NCBI GenBank assembly: GCA_036163815.1
Contig: JAYZKD010000032.1
Location: 44,853-108,852 of the forward strand
DNA length: 64,000 nt
From: Pseudomonadota bacterium
GTDB taxonomy: Bacteria > Pseudomonadota > Alphaproteobacteria > MED-G09
Direction of reading: 5' to 3'
The position numbers were made by a program, and so were the translations under genes. Positions 51,048 to 63,651 of this stretch are shown in pieces (positions within the stretch are counted from its first letter, which is position 1; every line of letters begins with the position of its first letter). Under the pieces are notes generated by a model that saw only the letters and a list, made by a program, of their open reading frames with translations, searched no databases and was not told the DNA's origin.

Positions 51048-51440
51048 ATGAAAAACCTTAGTTCAAAAAGTAGTTTAATTAGCATAACCCCTTCTGCCTT
51101 AGACAGATTGCAGGTACTTATTGATAAAGCCCAGGAAGATATAAAAGCTATTAAATTGGGTATAAAAAATGGTGGATGTGCGGGTATGACATATACTATG
51201 GATTATGTTGAAAAGCTCTCCGGTACTGATGAAGTTATTGAAATAAATAATATCAATATTATTATTGACAATTCAGCTGTTTTATTTTTGCTAGGCACTG
51301 AGCTTGATTACGAAGAAACAAAACTGAATTCAGGATTTGTTTTTAATAACCCCAATCAAACAGATGCTTGTGGATGTGGAGAATCAGTATCTTTAGAAAA
51401 GGCAGAAATTCCAGTAGAGCTATTAGAAAATAAGAATTAA
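51048..51440 (+). CDS. sufA: A-type Fe-S carrier (SufA/IscA/ErpA family)
   Basis: HesB/IscA fold with Cys ligands (GGCAGM ... CGCGESVS) over 130 aa. Confidence 0.75.
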   Translation: MKNLSSKSSLISITPSALDRLQVLIDKAQEDIKAIKLGIKNGGCAGMTYTMDYVEKLSGTDEVIEINNINIIIDNSAVLFLLGTELDYEETKLNSGFVFNNPNQTDACGCGESVSLEKAEIPVELLENKN

Positions 51441-51446
51441 AATAAA

Positions 51447-52241
51447 TTATTTTCCTTTAAATTTAGCGTCCCGTTTATCTAAGAATGCTTTAACGCCTTC
51501 TTTAAAATCTTCTGAATTACCAGCTTGAAATTGTAATTCTCTTTCCAAGTTAAGCTGTTCTTCATATGTATTATCTGAGCTTTCCCAAAATGCTTTTCTA
51601 ATTAACTTTAATGACATTGGCCCATTTGATAATTCTTTACTAATTTTTAAAGCCTCATCGATTAAATTTTCTTCATCAACCAGTCTATTTATTAATCCCC
51701 ATTCGTAGGCTTTTTCGGCAGGAAGTCTTTCTCCCAAAAGTGAAAGTTCTTTTGCGCGTGCATTTCCAACCAATCTTGGTAATAGCCATGTTGAACCACC
51801 ATCAGGAACGAGTCCTATTCTTCTAAAAGCTTGAAGAAAGAAAGCTGACTTAGAGGCAAGAATTATATCTCCCATTAAAGCAAATGACATTCCTATACCA
51901 GCTGCAGCACCATTAACTGCGGTTACAATAGGTATATTCATGTTTCTTAGCCTTCTTAAAATTGGATGATACAAAGTTTCAAGAGCATGACCAGCATCTT
52001 GTCTTCCAGAATTAGATCTTTCTGAGCCAGAAGATAAATTTGCACCAGCACAAAAACCTTTGCCTTCACCAGTTATTAAAAGACACTTTATTTCTGAATT
52101 TTCTTTTTCAATCTCATTTAGGCATTCCCAGAAACCTTCAAGCATATCTGGTGATACAGCATTTCTAACATCAGGATCATTAAATCTCATGATGCCTATA
52201 TTATTTTCTACCTCTAAGCTGATTTTATTAAATTCTATCAT
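51447..52241 (-). CDS. Enoyl-CoA hydratase/isomerase (crotonase family)
   Basis: Crotonase fold with the oxyanion hole motifs (FCAGANL; GGS...G) over 264 aa. Confidence 0.75.
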   Translation of the reverse strand: MIEFNKISLEVENNIGIMRFNDPDVRNAVSPDMLEGFWECLNEIEKENSEIKCLLITGEGKGFCAGANLSSGSERSNSGRQDAGHALETLYHPILRRLRNMNIPIVTAVNGAAAGIGMSFALMGDIILASKSAFFLQAFRRIGLVPDGGSTWLLPRLVGNARAKELSLLGERLPAEKAYEWGLINRLVDEENLIDEALKISKELSNGPMSLKLIRKAFWESSDNTYEEQLNLERELQFQAGNSEDFKEGVKAFLDKRDAKFKGK

Positions 52242-52261
52242 TATTGCTCCTAAAATTTGTA

Positions 52262-54280
<2,019 letters not shown>

Positions 54281-54303
54281 TCAATTTAATTTATTGCTGA
54301 TTA

Positions 54304-55278
54304 TTATTCTGTTAATGTTCCCACGATATGTGTGATAATCTTATAAGGATCAGCATTTGAAGCAGGCCTTCTATCCTCTAAATAACCGTTCCAATTATGT
54401 TCAACGGTGTAAATAGGTATACGAATACTTGCACCTCTATCGCTGACACCATAAGAAAATTCAGTAATTTTTTGTGTTTCATGCAATCCAGTAAGTCTTT
54501 TATCATTATCTGATCCGTAAGCAGCTATTCCTTCATTATGAACTGCACCAAGTTTTTCACAAAGAGAATTAAATAACTCTTCGGAGCCGTTAGACCTCAT
54601 TTGTTGATTAGAAAAATTAGTATGCATACCGGATCCATTCCAATCACCTTCTTGTGGTTTAGGATGAAAATTCACACATACATCAAATTCTTCACCAACT
54701 TTTTGAAGGAGATATCTACTCATCCACAGATCATCGCCAGCTTTTACACCTTTTCCTAGACATTGATATTCCCATTGGCCCAATGCTACTTCAGCATTTG
54801 TTCCGGTTAACTCAATACCTGCTTCAAGGCATGCCTCTAGATGCGCTTCGGAGACATCTCTTCCCTTAACATTAGAGGCTCCTACTCCACAATAATATTC
54901 TCCTTGAGGTTTTTCGGGAATTCCTTCTTCCCATCCTAAGATTGATCCATCTGGATTAGTCAAGAAATATTCCTGTTCAAAACCAAACCACCATTCATCA
55001 CTTACAACTTCAGAGGCAGCATGACGAGTATTTGTTGGGTGAACTTCTCTACCACCAGTTTGTACGGCGCACATAACCAATGAATCGCCAAAAAGAGGAT
55101 TTTTATATTCTTGTACAGGCTCAAGTATACAATCTGAACCCTGAGTATCAGCTTGTTGTGTTGAGGATCCATCAAATGACCATTCTGGTGGCGTCCTGTC
55201 ACTTGTGACTTTTACTTTACTTCTAAGAAAAGGCTCCGGCTGATAACCATCTAACCAGACATATTCAAATTTATTCAT
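54304..55278 (-). CDS. glnII: Glutamine synthetase type II
   Basis: About 324 aa with the FEYVWLDG N-terminus and eukaryote-like GSII catalytic motifs. It is far shorter than GSI and sits downstream of glnB. Confidence 0.72.
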   Translation of the reverse strand: MNKFEYVWLDGYQPEPFLRSKVKVTSDRTPPEWSFDGSSTQQADTQGSDCILEPVQEYKNPLFGDSLVMCAVQTGGREVHPTNTRHAASEVVSDEWWFGFEQEYFLTNPDGSILGWEEGIPEKPQGEYYCGVGASNVKGRDVSEAHLEACLEAGIELTGTNAEVALGQWEYQCLGKGVKAGDDLWMSRYLLQKVGEEFDVCVNFHPKPQEGDWNGSGMHTNFSNQQMRSNGSEELFNSLCEKLGAVHNEGIAAYGSDNDKRLTGLHETQKITEFSYGVSDRGASIRIPIYTVEHNWNGYLEDRRPASNADPYKIITHIVGTLTE

Positions 55279-55306
55279 TCTATTCTCCCTTAAAAAATTG
55301 ATTTAA

Positions 55307-55666
<360 letters not shown>

Positions 55667-55675
55667 CTATACATA

Positions 55676-55691
55676 AGCAAAATTTATGCCA
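55676..55691 (-). promoter_or_regulatory. Putative sigma-54 (-24/-12) promoter for glnB-glnII
   Basis: The minus strand reads TGGCAT-AAATT-TTGCT with correct GG...GC spacing, about 20 nt upstream of the glnB SD. Confidence 0.5.
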
Positions 55692-55839
55692 AACTAATAA
55701 TAGAGTTAGCTGTGTTAGGTGTATGTAATATGTGTAATTTGAATATGTGTATGTTTTTCACTTAAAAATCTAATAGGAATTAATTTTTTGTTTGATATTA
55801 TTTTAATTCTTTTTTGCTTATTAATAAAGGAACACAACA

Positions 55840-57372
55840 ATGGTTAAAAGTAATACCCCAGTTCTAGTAGGTTGCGGTCAAGTAACACAAAAAATAGATA
55901 ATCCAAAAGATGCAAAAGAACCTTTAGAGTTAATGAATGAATCATCAATTCTAGCAATTGAAGATACAACAGTTAATGATTTAGTTAAAAAAATTGATAC
56001 TGTTATGACTGTACGTTTTATTTTTGATTCAGGTGGAGGCAGGAGACCACCTTTTAGTATATACTCTAATCCACCAAAGTCACTTGCCGATAGGCTGGGT
56101 ATTGTTGATGCAAAAACATATTGCGGACCAACTGGTGGAAATACACCTCAATATTTAATTAATATTTTATCAGAGCAAATTACTTCTGGAGAAACCGAAA
56201 TAGCTTTATTATCAGGAGCAGAATGTTTTTCGACGCAGCGTAAAGCATCAAGGTTAGGAATTAAAACTGGTTGGGGAGAAGATGCAGGGGGAGATCGAAT
56301 TGATCTTGGTTTTGAGAGAGCCGGCGGAACTGAAAATGAAAGAAAACATGGAATAATTTTTCCTGTCAGTGTTTATCCTCTTTTTGAAAACGCAATTCGA
56401 GAAAAAAAAGACCACTCAATTGAACAGCATCTTGATTATTTAGGTAAGATGTTTGAACCATTTACGAAGGTTGCTAGTAATCATCCCAATGCGTGGTTTC
56501 CAACTTTTCGTAGTGCTGAGGAAATATCTAAAGTCAGTGAAAATAATAGATTCATTGGATTTCCTTATACAAAATATATGAATGCTATAATGGAAGTAGA
56601 TCAAAGTGCTTCAATAATTATTATGAGCGAAGAAAAGGCAAATGAATTTTCTATTCCAGAAAATAAAAGAGTTTATCTTCATGGTTGCGCAGATATTAAT
56701 GAAGTCTGGAATGTAACTGAAAGACCAGAATTACACTCTTCTAAAGCAATAAGATTAATGGGCAAAAAAGCTCTAGAAATGGCAAATTGGAATATAGATG
56801 ATATAGATCTTTTTGATTTATATTCTTGTTTTCCAAGTATGGTCGAATTAGGAAGAGAAGCACTAGAAATACCATCAAACACGAAGATACCTTTAACAGT
56901 AACAGGCGGGCTACCTTATTTTGGAGGTGCTGGGAATAATTATGTTACACACTCTGTTGCCACAATGATGGAAGAGTTAAGAAAAAATAACAACTTGAAA
57001 GGACTATGCACATCTAATGGATGGTACGCAACAAAGCATGGGATTGGGCTATATTCTTGTACTCCTTTTGAGGGTGATTGGGTAAGAGAACAACCATCAG
57101 AATATCAAAAAGTTATAGATGAATTAGAAAGGCCTGAAGTAGATGAATCTCCGAATGGAAAAGGAACTATAGAAACTTATACTGTAGCTAATGGTAGAGA
57201 AGGGCCGCAAATGGGGATAGTAATTGGGCGTTTAAAGCAAAATAATAATAGGTTTATTGCAATTGCAACTGACGATAAAACTCTTGGAACAATGATGGAT
57301 GAAGAATGCCTTAATAGAGATTGTAATGTCTCTAAAAACTCAGATGGGTTAAGTATTTTTTCTCTTGGGTAA
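55840..57372 (+). CDS. Thiolase-like protein with C-terminal OB-fold (DUF35-like) region
   Basis: 510 aa whose N-terminal two-thirds resembles a thiolase/SCP-x-like fold (VLVGCGQ, GGLPYFGGAGNNY). The C-terminal 90 or so aa is OB-fold-like (GTIETYTV...GIVIGRL). Specific function is unknown. Confidence 0.4.
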   Translation: MVKSNTPVLVGCGQVTQKIDNPKDAKEPLELMNESSILAIEDTTVNDLVKKIDTVMTVRFIFDSGGGRRPPFSIYSNPPKSLADRLGIVDAKTYCGPTGGNTPQYLINILSEQITSGETEIALLSGAECFSTQRKASRLGIKTGWGEDAGGDRIDLGFERAGGTENERKHGIIFPVSVYPLFENAIREKKDHSIEQHLDYLGKMFEPFTKVASNHPNAWFPTFRSAEEISKVSENNRFIGFPYTKYMNAIMEVDQSASIIIMSEEKANEFSIPENKRVYLHGCADINEVWNVTERPELHSSKAIRLMGKKALEMANWNIDDIDLFDLYSCFPSMVELGREALEIPSNTKIPLTVTGGLPYFGGAGNNYVTHSVATMMEELRKNNNLKGLCTSNGWYATKHGIGLYSCTPFEGDWVREQPSEYQKVIDELERPEVDESPNGKGTIETYTVANGREGPQMGIVIGRLKQNNNRFIAIATDDKTLGTMMDEECLNRDCNVSKNSDGLSIFSLG

Positions 57373-57950
57373 TGATTAAAGTTTATCTAATTAGGCATGG
57401 TGAAGCAATTGATGGATGGACCTCTCTTGATCCTGTTTTAAGCAAAAGAGGAAGAAAGCAAGCGGAAGAATTAAAATTAATTTTGAAAGATAAATTAACG
57501 GATAAGATAGATATTATATCTAGCCCTTTATCTAGATGCCAAGAAACAGCAAGTATATCAGTTAAAGAAAGTAAAAAGGAAATAACTATTGATGATGTTT
57601 TTAGAGAACTTCCTTCACCTGTTGAATCTCTAGATAGAAGGGTAATATGGTTAAAAAGAGTTTTACCATTAGACTGGGAAGATTTAGAGCAAGATACAGA
57701 ATCTAAGTTATCAAATATTAATTATCATTTATGGAGAGAAAAAATAATCAGCAAGATTCTTTCTTTCAAAAGTGACACGGTAATATTTACTCATTTTGTT
57801 GTTATTAATAATGTTATAGGGAAGATTATGAAATCTACAAAAGTAGTTAATTTCTATCCTGAAAATTGCTCTATAACTGAAATAGGAGTAGAGAATAATA
57901 AAATAGAATTAATTAAGTTGGGTAATAGTTCAGTTACTAAGGTTAACTAA
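57372..57950 (+). CDS. Histidine phosphatase family protein (SixA/PGAM-like)
   Basis: RHGEA catalytic motif at the N-terminus over 192 aa. Confidence 0.6.
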   Translation: MIKVYLIRHGEAIDGWTSLDPVLSKRGRKQAEELKLILKDKLTDKIDIISSPLSRCQETASISVKESKKEITIDDVFRELPSPVESLDRRVIWLKRVLPLDWEDLEQDTESKLSNINYHLWREKIISKILSFKSDTVIFTHFVVINNVIGKIMKSTKVVNFYPENCSITEIGVENNKIELIKLGNSSVTKVN

Positions 57951-59473
57951 TGCAAAACATAATATTTAACACTAATGCGTCATATAAATTAGATAAAATT
58001 TGTATGAAGAGAGGTGCAACAATTTCTATACTTATGGAGAATGCAGGAAGGATTTCTGCTGAAAAGATTGACCGGGCGATTATACCTTATGTAAAAAACT
58101 TTAATAATAATATTTTAATATTATGTGGTTCAGGAAACAACGGGGGAGACGGACTGGTTATAGCAAAATATCTTGAGGAAAAGGGTTATTTGATTGATAT
58201 TTGCTATCCTTTAGGTGGTTTAAAAAAATTAAGCAAGGTTGTACAGAAGAAGTATAATTCCCTTAATAAAAAACCCAAAAAATTTAATAATATTGATTTA
58301 AATAAGTACTCAATAATAGTTGATTCTATTTTTGGAGTTGGTCTTAATAGAAAATTAAACAAAAAAGCATCAAATATTATCAAAAAAATTAACTTACAAT
58401 CATCCTGCGTAGTTTCAATAGATATAGCGAGCGGAATTAATGGCGATAATGGAAATTTAATGCCAGTTTCGATAGAAGCTGAGCATACTATAACTTTTGC
58501 CGCTCCGAAGTTAGGTCATTATTTGTTGCCTGGGAAAGAAAGAAGTGGAAAAATCCATGTTGTATCTATTGGTGAAACTAAAAAGGATGTCCTAAAAGCT
58601 AATAAAGGAAATAATATTAGGTTAAATTTACCTGATACATGGATAAAGAGTTTTAAATGGCCATCTATGCAGGATCACAAATACACTCGCGGTCATGTGC
58701 TAGTAAAATCTGGTCCTATTTCTTCTACAGGAGCATCAAGACTATCAGCAATTTCTGCGTTAAGAACAGGAGCAGGAGCAGTTACATTAGCTTCTGATAA
58801 AGAATCTCTAATTCTAAATGCATCTCATTTAACCTCTACTATGGTTAAAGAAATTAATAATATAGATGAATTCTTTAAATTTGCTTTTGAAAAAAAAATA
58901 AATGTTTTGGTTATTGGCCCAGGTTTGGGAGTTAATAAAACAACAAGAGAAATTGTTTTAAGAGCTATTAAGGAAGAATTTTCTCTTGTTTTAGATGCCG
59001 ATGGAATATCTTCTTTTGAAAAAGATCCAGATGAATTAATTGAGGTGTTAAGAAAAAGAAAAAAAAGGAATAATATTATTTTAACTCCTCATGAAGGAGA
59101 GTTCAAAAGAATATTTACTTACAAGAGTATAGAAAAAATTGTAAAAGTAGAAAAAGCGGCAATTGATTCAAATACAACAATTTTATTAAAAGGAAATGAT
59201 AGTATAGTTGCTTCCCATCTAGGAAAGATTCTTTTATCAGAAAAATCATCTCCCTTCCTTGCTACAGCCGGTTCAGGAGATGTTTTAGCAGGAATTTGCG
59301 CAGGCCTGATGGCTCAAGGAATGAAAAGTTTTGAGGCCGCCGCCGCCGCTTCATGGATTCACAATCAAATAGGGATAGTAGGTGGCCCAGGGCTAATAGC
59401 CGATGATATGGAGAAAATCTTATCTAAACTAATGCCAAAAATACTTAGAGGTTTATATGAAGTTAGAGATTAG
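57950..59473 (+). CDS. nnr: Bifunctional NAD(P)H-hydrate repair enzyme Nnr (epimerase/dehydratase)
   Basis: YjeF_N (GSGNNGGDG) fused to a carbohydrate-kinase-like dehydratase domain (GPGLG, GSGDVLAG) over 507 aa. Confidence 0.8.
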   Translation: MQNIIFNTNASYKLDKICMKRGATISILMENAGRISAEKIDRAIIPYVKNFNNNILILCGSGNNGGDGLVIAKYLEEKGYLIDICYPLGGLKKLSKVVQKKYNSLNKKPKKFNNIDLNKYSIIVDSIFGVGLNRKLNKKASNIIKKINLQSSCVVSIDIASGINGDNGNLMPVSIEAEHTITFAAPKLGHYLLPGKERSGKIHVVSIGETKKDVLKANKGNNIRLNLPDTWIKSFKWPSMQDHKYTRGHVLVKSGPISSTGASRLSAISALRTGAGAVTLASDKESLILNASHLTSTMVKEINNIDEFFKFAFEKKINVLVIGPGLGVNKTTREIVLRAIKEEFSLVLDADGISSFEKDPDELIEVLRKRKKRNNIILTPHEGEFKRIFTYKSIEKIVKVEKAAIDSNTTILLKGNDSIVASHLGKILLSEKSSPFLATAGSGDVLAGICAGLMAQGMKSFEAAAAASWIHNQIGIVGGPGLIADDMEKILSKLMPKILRGLYEVRD

Positions 59474-59954
59474 GCACGCTAAAAGTTTAGATCTTAAAGA
59501 GATTAATAAAATATATAACTTTTATATCAAAGAAACTCCATACACATTTGATATTAAAGAGAAATCCCTTAAAGAAAAAGAATTATGGTTTAAACAATTT
59601 AAAAAAACTGGATCTACTATTTGTATTGTTGCTTCTAAAGAGGGGAAGATTATTGGTTACTCAAGTTCAGTAATTTTTAGGCAGAAAGAAGCATATCGAA
59701 ATTCTATAGAAAGCAGTGTTTATATCAAAAAAGAGCATATAGGAAAAGGCTATGGAAAATTATTAATGAGTAAGCTCATAGATCTTTTAAAAAAAACAAA
59801 AGTAAAAAGAATATATGCTTTAATAACTTATCCAAATAAATCCTCAGTTATCTTACATAAATCTTTGGGATTTAAGAGGGTAGGTAAATTGAATGATGTG
59901 GGTTTGAAGTTTGATAAATATTGGAATGTTGAGATTTATGAACTAAAAATTTAA
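59457..59954 (+). CDS. GNAT family N-acetyltransferase
   Basis: GNAT acetyl-CoA binding motif region (IGKGYGKLLM) over 165 aa. Confidence 0.6.
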   Translation: MKLEIRHAKSLDLKEINKIYNFYIKETPYTFDIKEKSLKEKELWFKQFKKTGSTICIVASKEGKIIGYSSSVIFRQKEAYRNSIESSVYIKKEHIGKGYGKLLMSKLIDLLKKTKVKRIYALITYPNKSSVILHKSLGFKRVGKLNDVGLKFDKYWNVEIYELKI

Positions 59955-60014
59955 TTATTTTATTTTTAATCTAGATATTCCTAATAACTGCTGTTATTAA
60001 ACTGTTTAAAATTT

Positions 60015-60099
60015 GCGGGCGTGGTGGAATTGGTAGACACGCAGGTTTTAGGTACCTGTGCCGCAAGGCGTGGGGGTTCGACTCCCTCCGCCCGCACCA
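60015..60099 (+). tRNA. tRNA-Leu (anticodon TAG)
   Basis: Acceptor stem GCGGGCG/CGCCCGC, anticodon stem CAGGT/ACCTG with loop TTTAGGT, a long variable arm, T-arm GGTTCGACTCC, and an encoded CCA end. Confidence 0.85.
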
Positions 60100-60113
60100 A
60101 AAAAGGATAATTA

Positions 60114-61517
60114 ATGAAAGTATTAGAAGAAAAAAAATTAAAAGGTTTAAAAAAAGAATTTTTGGTAGAAATTCCTTTTTCAGAACTTAGTAAAGCAAAG
60201 CAAGAAAAACTAGAAAGTATCTCTTCTAAAGTAAAGATTGCAGGTTTTAGGCCGGGTAAAGTACCTTTAAGTCATGTAGAGAAATTATATGGGAAAGAAA
60301 CAATTGTAGAAGTCATTGAAGAAAAAGTTTCTGAAACTTCGGTAAAAATTCTTGAAGAAAAAAATCTAAGACCAGCAGTAAATCCCGATATTAAGTTAGT
60401 TGATGATATGGAGAAATCAATTAATGAAGAGAGTGATATTAAATATTCAATGACTTTTGAAGCTCTACCTGAGATTGATTTAATTGATTTCTCTAAAATA
60501 AAACTAGATAAGCCAGTAGCAACCCCAAATAAAGAAGATATTGACGAAGCTATAGAATATCTTGCAAAGCAAAATAAAGATTATGTTAAAGCCAAAACTA
60601 ACCAAAAAGCAAAAGAAGGCGATAAGATGATCTTAAATTACTCTGGGTCAATTGATGGCGAAAAATTTGAAGGTGGGACAGCAGAAAATGCAGAATTGGT
60701 TCTTGGTTCCAAAACTTTCATAGATAATTTTGAAGAACAGTTAATAGGCCTAACTGTAAAAAGTAAAAAAATTGTTAAAGTTAAATTTCCTTCTGAATAT
60801 CCAAATAAAGATTTAGAAGATAAAAATGCAGAATTTGATGTTGAGATAATAGATATTTTAAATCCTATAGATTCAAAAATTAATGATGAATTAGCTAAGA
60901 AATTTGGTCAAGAATCACTAAAAGATTTAAAAAACGCTCTAAATGATCAGATAAAAAAAGATTTTGATCAAGCTTCAAAAATGAAACTTAAAGATAGTCT
61001 TTTTTTAGAATTAGAAAAGAAACATAAGTTTGAATTGCCTGAGACTCTAGTTAATCAAGAGTATGATCAAATGTGGCATCAATTGGAACATCAATTGGAA
61101 CATCAAAAAAAGTCTTTAAAGGATCTTGAGGTAGAAGAAAAAGAAATTAAAGCAAACTACAAAGAAATTTCAGAAAGAAGGATTTCGATAGGTTTAATTA
61201 TTGCTGAAATAGGAAGAAAAAATAAAATAGAATTAGAGGACGGTGATTATAATATTGCGCTTCAGTCGGAGGTTCAGAAATATCAAGGACAAGAACAGCA
61301 GATTCTTGATTTTTATAAAAAGAATCCAGATGCTTTAAGAAATTTAACAGCACCAATCTATGAAGAAAAAGTTGTTGATTTTGTTCTTGAAAAGGCGGTT
61401 CTAAAAGATAAAAAAGTTGATAGAAAAGATTTGTTTGGTCAAAACGAGAGTGAAGAAAAAGTGACTAAAGCTAAATCCAATGTAAAAAAGAAGAAATCAG
61501 CAAAGAAAAAAACTTAA
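60114..61517 (+). CDS. tig: Trigger factor
   Basis: N-terminal ribosome-binding domain (GFRPGKVP), FKBP-type PPIase, and C-terminal arm domains over 467 aa, with a Lys-rich C-terminal tail. Confidence 0.9.
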   Translation: MKVLEEKKLKGLKKEFLVEIPFSELSKAKQEKLESISSKVKIAGFRPGKVPLSHVEKLYGKETIVEVIEEKVSETSVKILEEKNLRPAVNPDIKLVDDMEKSINEESDIKYSMTFEALPEIDLIDFSKIKLDKPVATPNKEDIDEAIEYLAKQNKDYVKAKTNQKAKEGDKMILNYSGSIDGEKFEGGTAENAELVLGSKTFIDNFEEQLIGLTVKSKKIVKVKFPSEYPNKDLEDKNAEFDVEIIDILNPIDSKINDELAKKFGQESLKDLKNALNDQIKKDFDQASKMKLKDSLFLELEKKHKFELPETLVNQEYDQMWHQLEHQLEHQKKSLKDLEVEEKEIKANYKEISERRISIGLIIAEIGRKNKIELEDGDYNIALQSEVQKYQGQEQQILDFYKKNPDALRNLTAPIYEEKVVDFVLEKAVLKDKKVDRKDLFGQNESEEKVTKAKSNVKKKKSAKKKT

Positions 61518-61587
61518 TTTTTTATACGATAAGTTATTGTTTATATTATCTTTTATTTAAAATATTTATTATTTAATATAATAAATT

Positions 61588-61618
61588 CTTGGCATATTCG
61601 TAGAATTAACCCATATAT
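61588..61618 (+). promoter_or_regulatory. Putative sigma-32 (RpoH) promoter of clpP
   Basis: CTTGGCA, then a 15-nt spacer, then CCCATATAT, matching the CTTGAAA-N13-15-CCCCATnT consensus, 10 nt before the clpP ATG region. Confidence 0.45.
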
Positions 61619-61623
61619 ATCCT

Positions 61624-62244
61624 ATGAAAGATAAAAATATACCTCAAAATAATCTTATTCCTATGGTTGTAGAGCAATCTAATAGGGGAGAAAGGGCTTA
61701 TGATATATATTCTAGGCTTTTAAAGGAACGAATAGTATTCGTAACAGGTCCTATAGAAGATTATATGGCAAGTGTTATTACTGCTCAACTGCTATATTTA
61801 GAAGCTGAAAATCCTAAGAAAGAAGTTTCTATGTATATCAACTCTCCTGGAGGAGTTGTTTCATCCGGTTTGGCTATCTATGATACAATGCAATATATTA
61901 AACCAGAAGTTTCCACTTTATGTATTGGTCAGGCAGCCTCGATGGGAAGTTTATTGTTAGCCGCAGGAGCAAAGAATAAAAGGTTTGCACTACCAAACTC
62001 AAGAATTATGGTACATCAGCCTTCTGGGGGGTTTCAAGGTCAGGCCTCAGATATTGAAAGACATGCCAAGGAAATTATATCTCTTAGAAGCAGATTAAAT
62101 GAGATATATGTTTCTCATACAGGGAAAGATTTAAAAACAATTGAGAATGCTCTTGATAGAGATACATTTATGACATCCGAAGATGCAAAAAAATTTGGAT
62201 TAATAGATAAAGTAGTTGAAAAAAGGGAATTAGAAGAAAAATAG
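61624..62244 (+). CDS. clpP: ATP-dependent Clp protease proteolytic subunit
   Basis: Ser-His-Asp triad context ([13 protein letters not shown]) over 206 aa. Confidence 0.95.
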   Translation: MKDKNIPQNNLIPMVVEQSNRGERAYDIYSRLLKERIVFVTGPIEDYMASVITAQLLYLEAENPKKEVSMYINSPGGVVSSGLAIYDTMQYIKPEVSTLCIGQAASMGSLLLAAGAKNKRFALPNSRIMVHQPSGGFQGQASDIERHAKEIISLRSRLNEIYVSHTGKDLKTIENALDRDTFMTSEDAKKFGLIDKVVEKRELEEK

Positions 62245-62262
62245 TTCTTCTAAAATTTAATA

Positions 62263-63534
62263 ATGAGTAAAATTAGCGACAGCGGTGATTCAAAAAATAC
62301 ACTTTATTGTAGTTTCTGTGGTAAGAGCCAGCATGAAGTTAAAAAACTTATAGCTGGGCCAACAGTTTTCATATGTGATGAATGTGTTGAGCTTTGTATG
62401 GATATTATTAAGGAAGAAAATAAAGTTAACGATAGTAAATCTTCTGACAATGTACCTGCTCCCCAAGAGATATTTGAAGTTCTTCAAGATTATGTAATCG
62501 GTCAACAAACAGCTAAAAGAGTTTTATCCGTGGCTGTTCACAACCATTATAAAAGACTTGATGATAAAAATAATAAAGATGATGTTGAGCTTGCTAAGTC
62601 CAATATTTTACTTCTTGGTCCTACTGGGTGCGGAAAGACACTTCTTGCACAGACTTTAGCAAGAATTTTAGATGTTCCTTTTACCATGGCTGACGCCACA
62701 ACTTTAACTGAGGCGGGTTATGTTGGCGAAGATGTTGAAAATATAATACTAAAATTACTTCAGGCAGCTGATTACAATGTTGAAAGAGCTCAAAGAGGAA
62801 TAGTTTATATAGATGAAGTTGATAAAATTACCAGAAAATCAGATAATCCATCCATAACGAGAGATGTTTCTGGTGAAGGTGTTCAACAAGCATTGTTAAA
62901 AATAATGGAAGGAACTGTAGCTTCAGTTCCACCTCAGGGCGGAAGAAAGCATCCACAACAAGAATTCTTACAAGTTGATACAACAAATATTTTGTTCATT
63001 TGTGGGGGAGCTTTTGACGGTCTAGAAAAAATAATTGGAGATAGAGGTACTGAAAGGTCTTTAGGTTTTGGTGCTGAAGTAAAAGACAAAGATTCCAGAA
63101 AAACTGGTGAAATTCTTAAGGATCTTCAACCAGAAGATTTATTAAAATTTGGTTTGATTCCAGAATTCGTAGGAAGATTGCCTGTTTGGGCATCTTTAGA
63201 GGATTTAGATGAAGAATCTCTTGTAAGGATTTTAACAGAACCAAAAAATGCTTTAATCAAGCAATACAAGAAACTTTTTGATATGGAGAATGTTGAATTA
63301 AAGTTTTCAGATGATGCATTAAGTTCAATAGCTAAAAAAACTATGACTTATGCTACTGGAGCAAGAGGATTACGGTCTGTTATAGAATCTATATTACTTG
63401 ATACAATGTTTGAAATTCCAAGCACTAAAGGTGTTACAGAAGTAGCTATTTCTGGCGAGGTCGTAGAAGGAAAGGCCAAACCGTTATACATTTATGGCGA
63501 AAACAAGGAAGAAAAAGAGCAATCAGCAATTTAA
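62263..63534 (+). CDS. clpX: ATP-dependent Clp protease ATP-binding subunit ClpX
   Basis: C4 zinc finger (CSFCGK...CDEC), Walker A GPTGCGKT, and Walker [10 protein letters not shown] over 423 aa. Confidence 0.95.
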   Translation: MSKISDSGDSKNTLYCSFCGKSQHEVKKLIAGPTVFICDECVELCMDIIKEENKVNDSKSSDNVPAPQEIFEVLQDYVIGQQTAKRVLSVAVHNHYKRLDDKNNKDDVELAKSNILLLGPTGCGKTLLAQTLARILDVPFTMADATTLTEAGYVGEDVENIILKLLQAADYNVERAQRGIVYIDEVDKITRKSDNPSITRDVSGEGVQQALLKIMEGTVASVPPQGGRKHPQQEFLQVDTTNILFICGGAFDGLEKIIGDRGTERSLGFGAEVKDKDSRKTGEILKDLQPEDLLKFGLIPEFVGRLPVWASLEDLDEESLVRILTEPKNALIKQYKKLFDMENVELKFSDDALSSIAKKTMTYATGARGLRSVIESILLDTMFEIPSTKGVTEVAISGEVVEGKAKPLYIYGENKEEKEQSAI

Positions 63535-63552
63535 TATTTTTTTTAAATAAAC

Positions 63553-63584
63553 CTTGATACTCATAGATTTTATACCAATATAAT
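63553..63584 (+). promoter_or_regulatory. Putative sigma-32 (RpoH) promoter of lon
   Basis: CTTGATA, then a 15-nt spacer, then CCAATATAAT, upstream of SD GGAG and the lon ATG at 63652. Confidence 0.4.
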
Positions 63585-63651
63585 AATTAATAATGAATTT
63601 CTTTGGTTCTCTTTTTAAAAGAATCGAAGGAGAATAAATTAAGGATTAACT

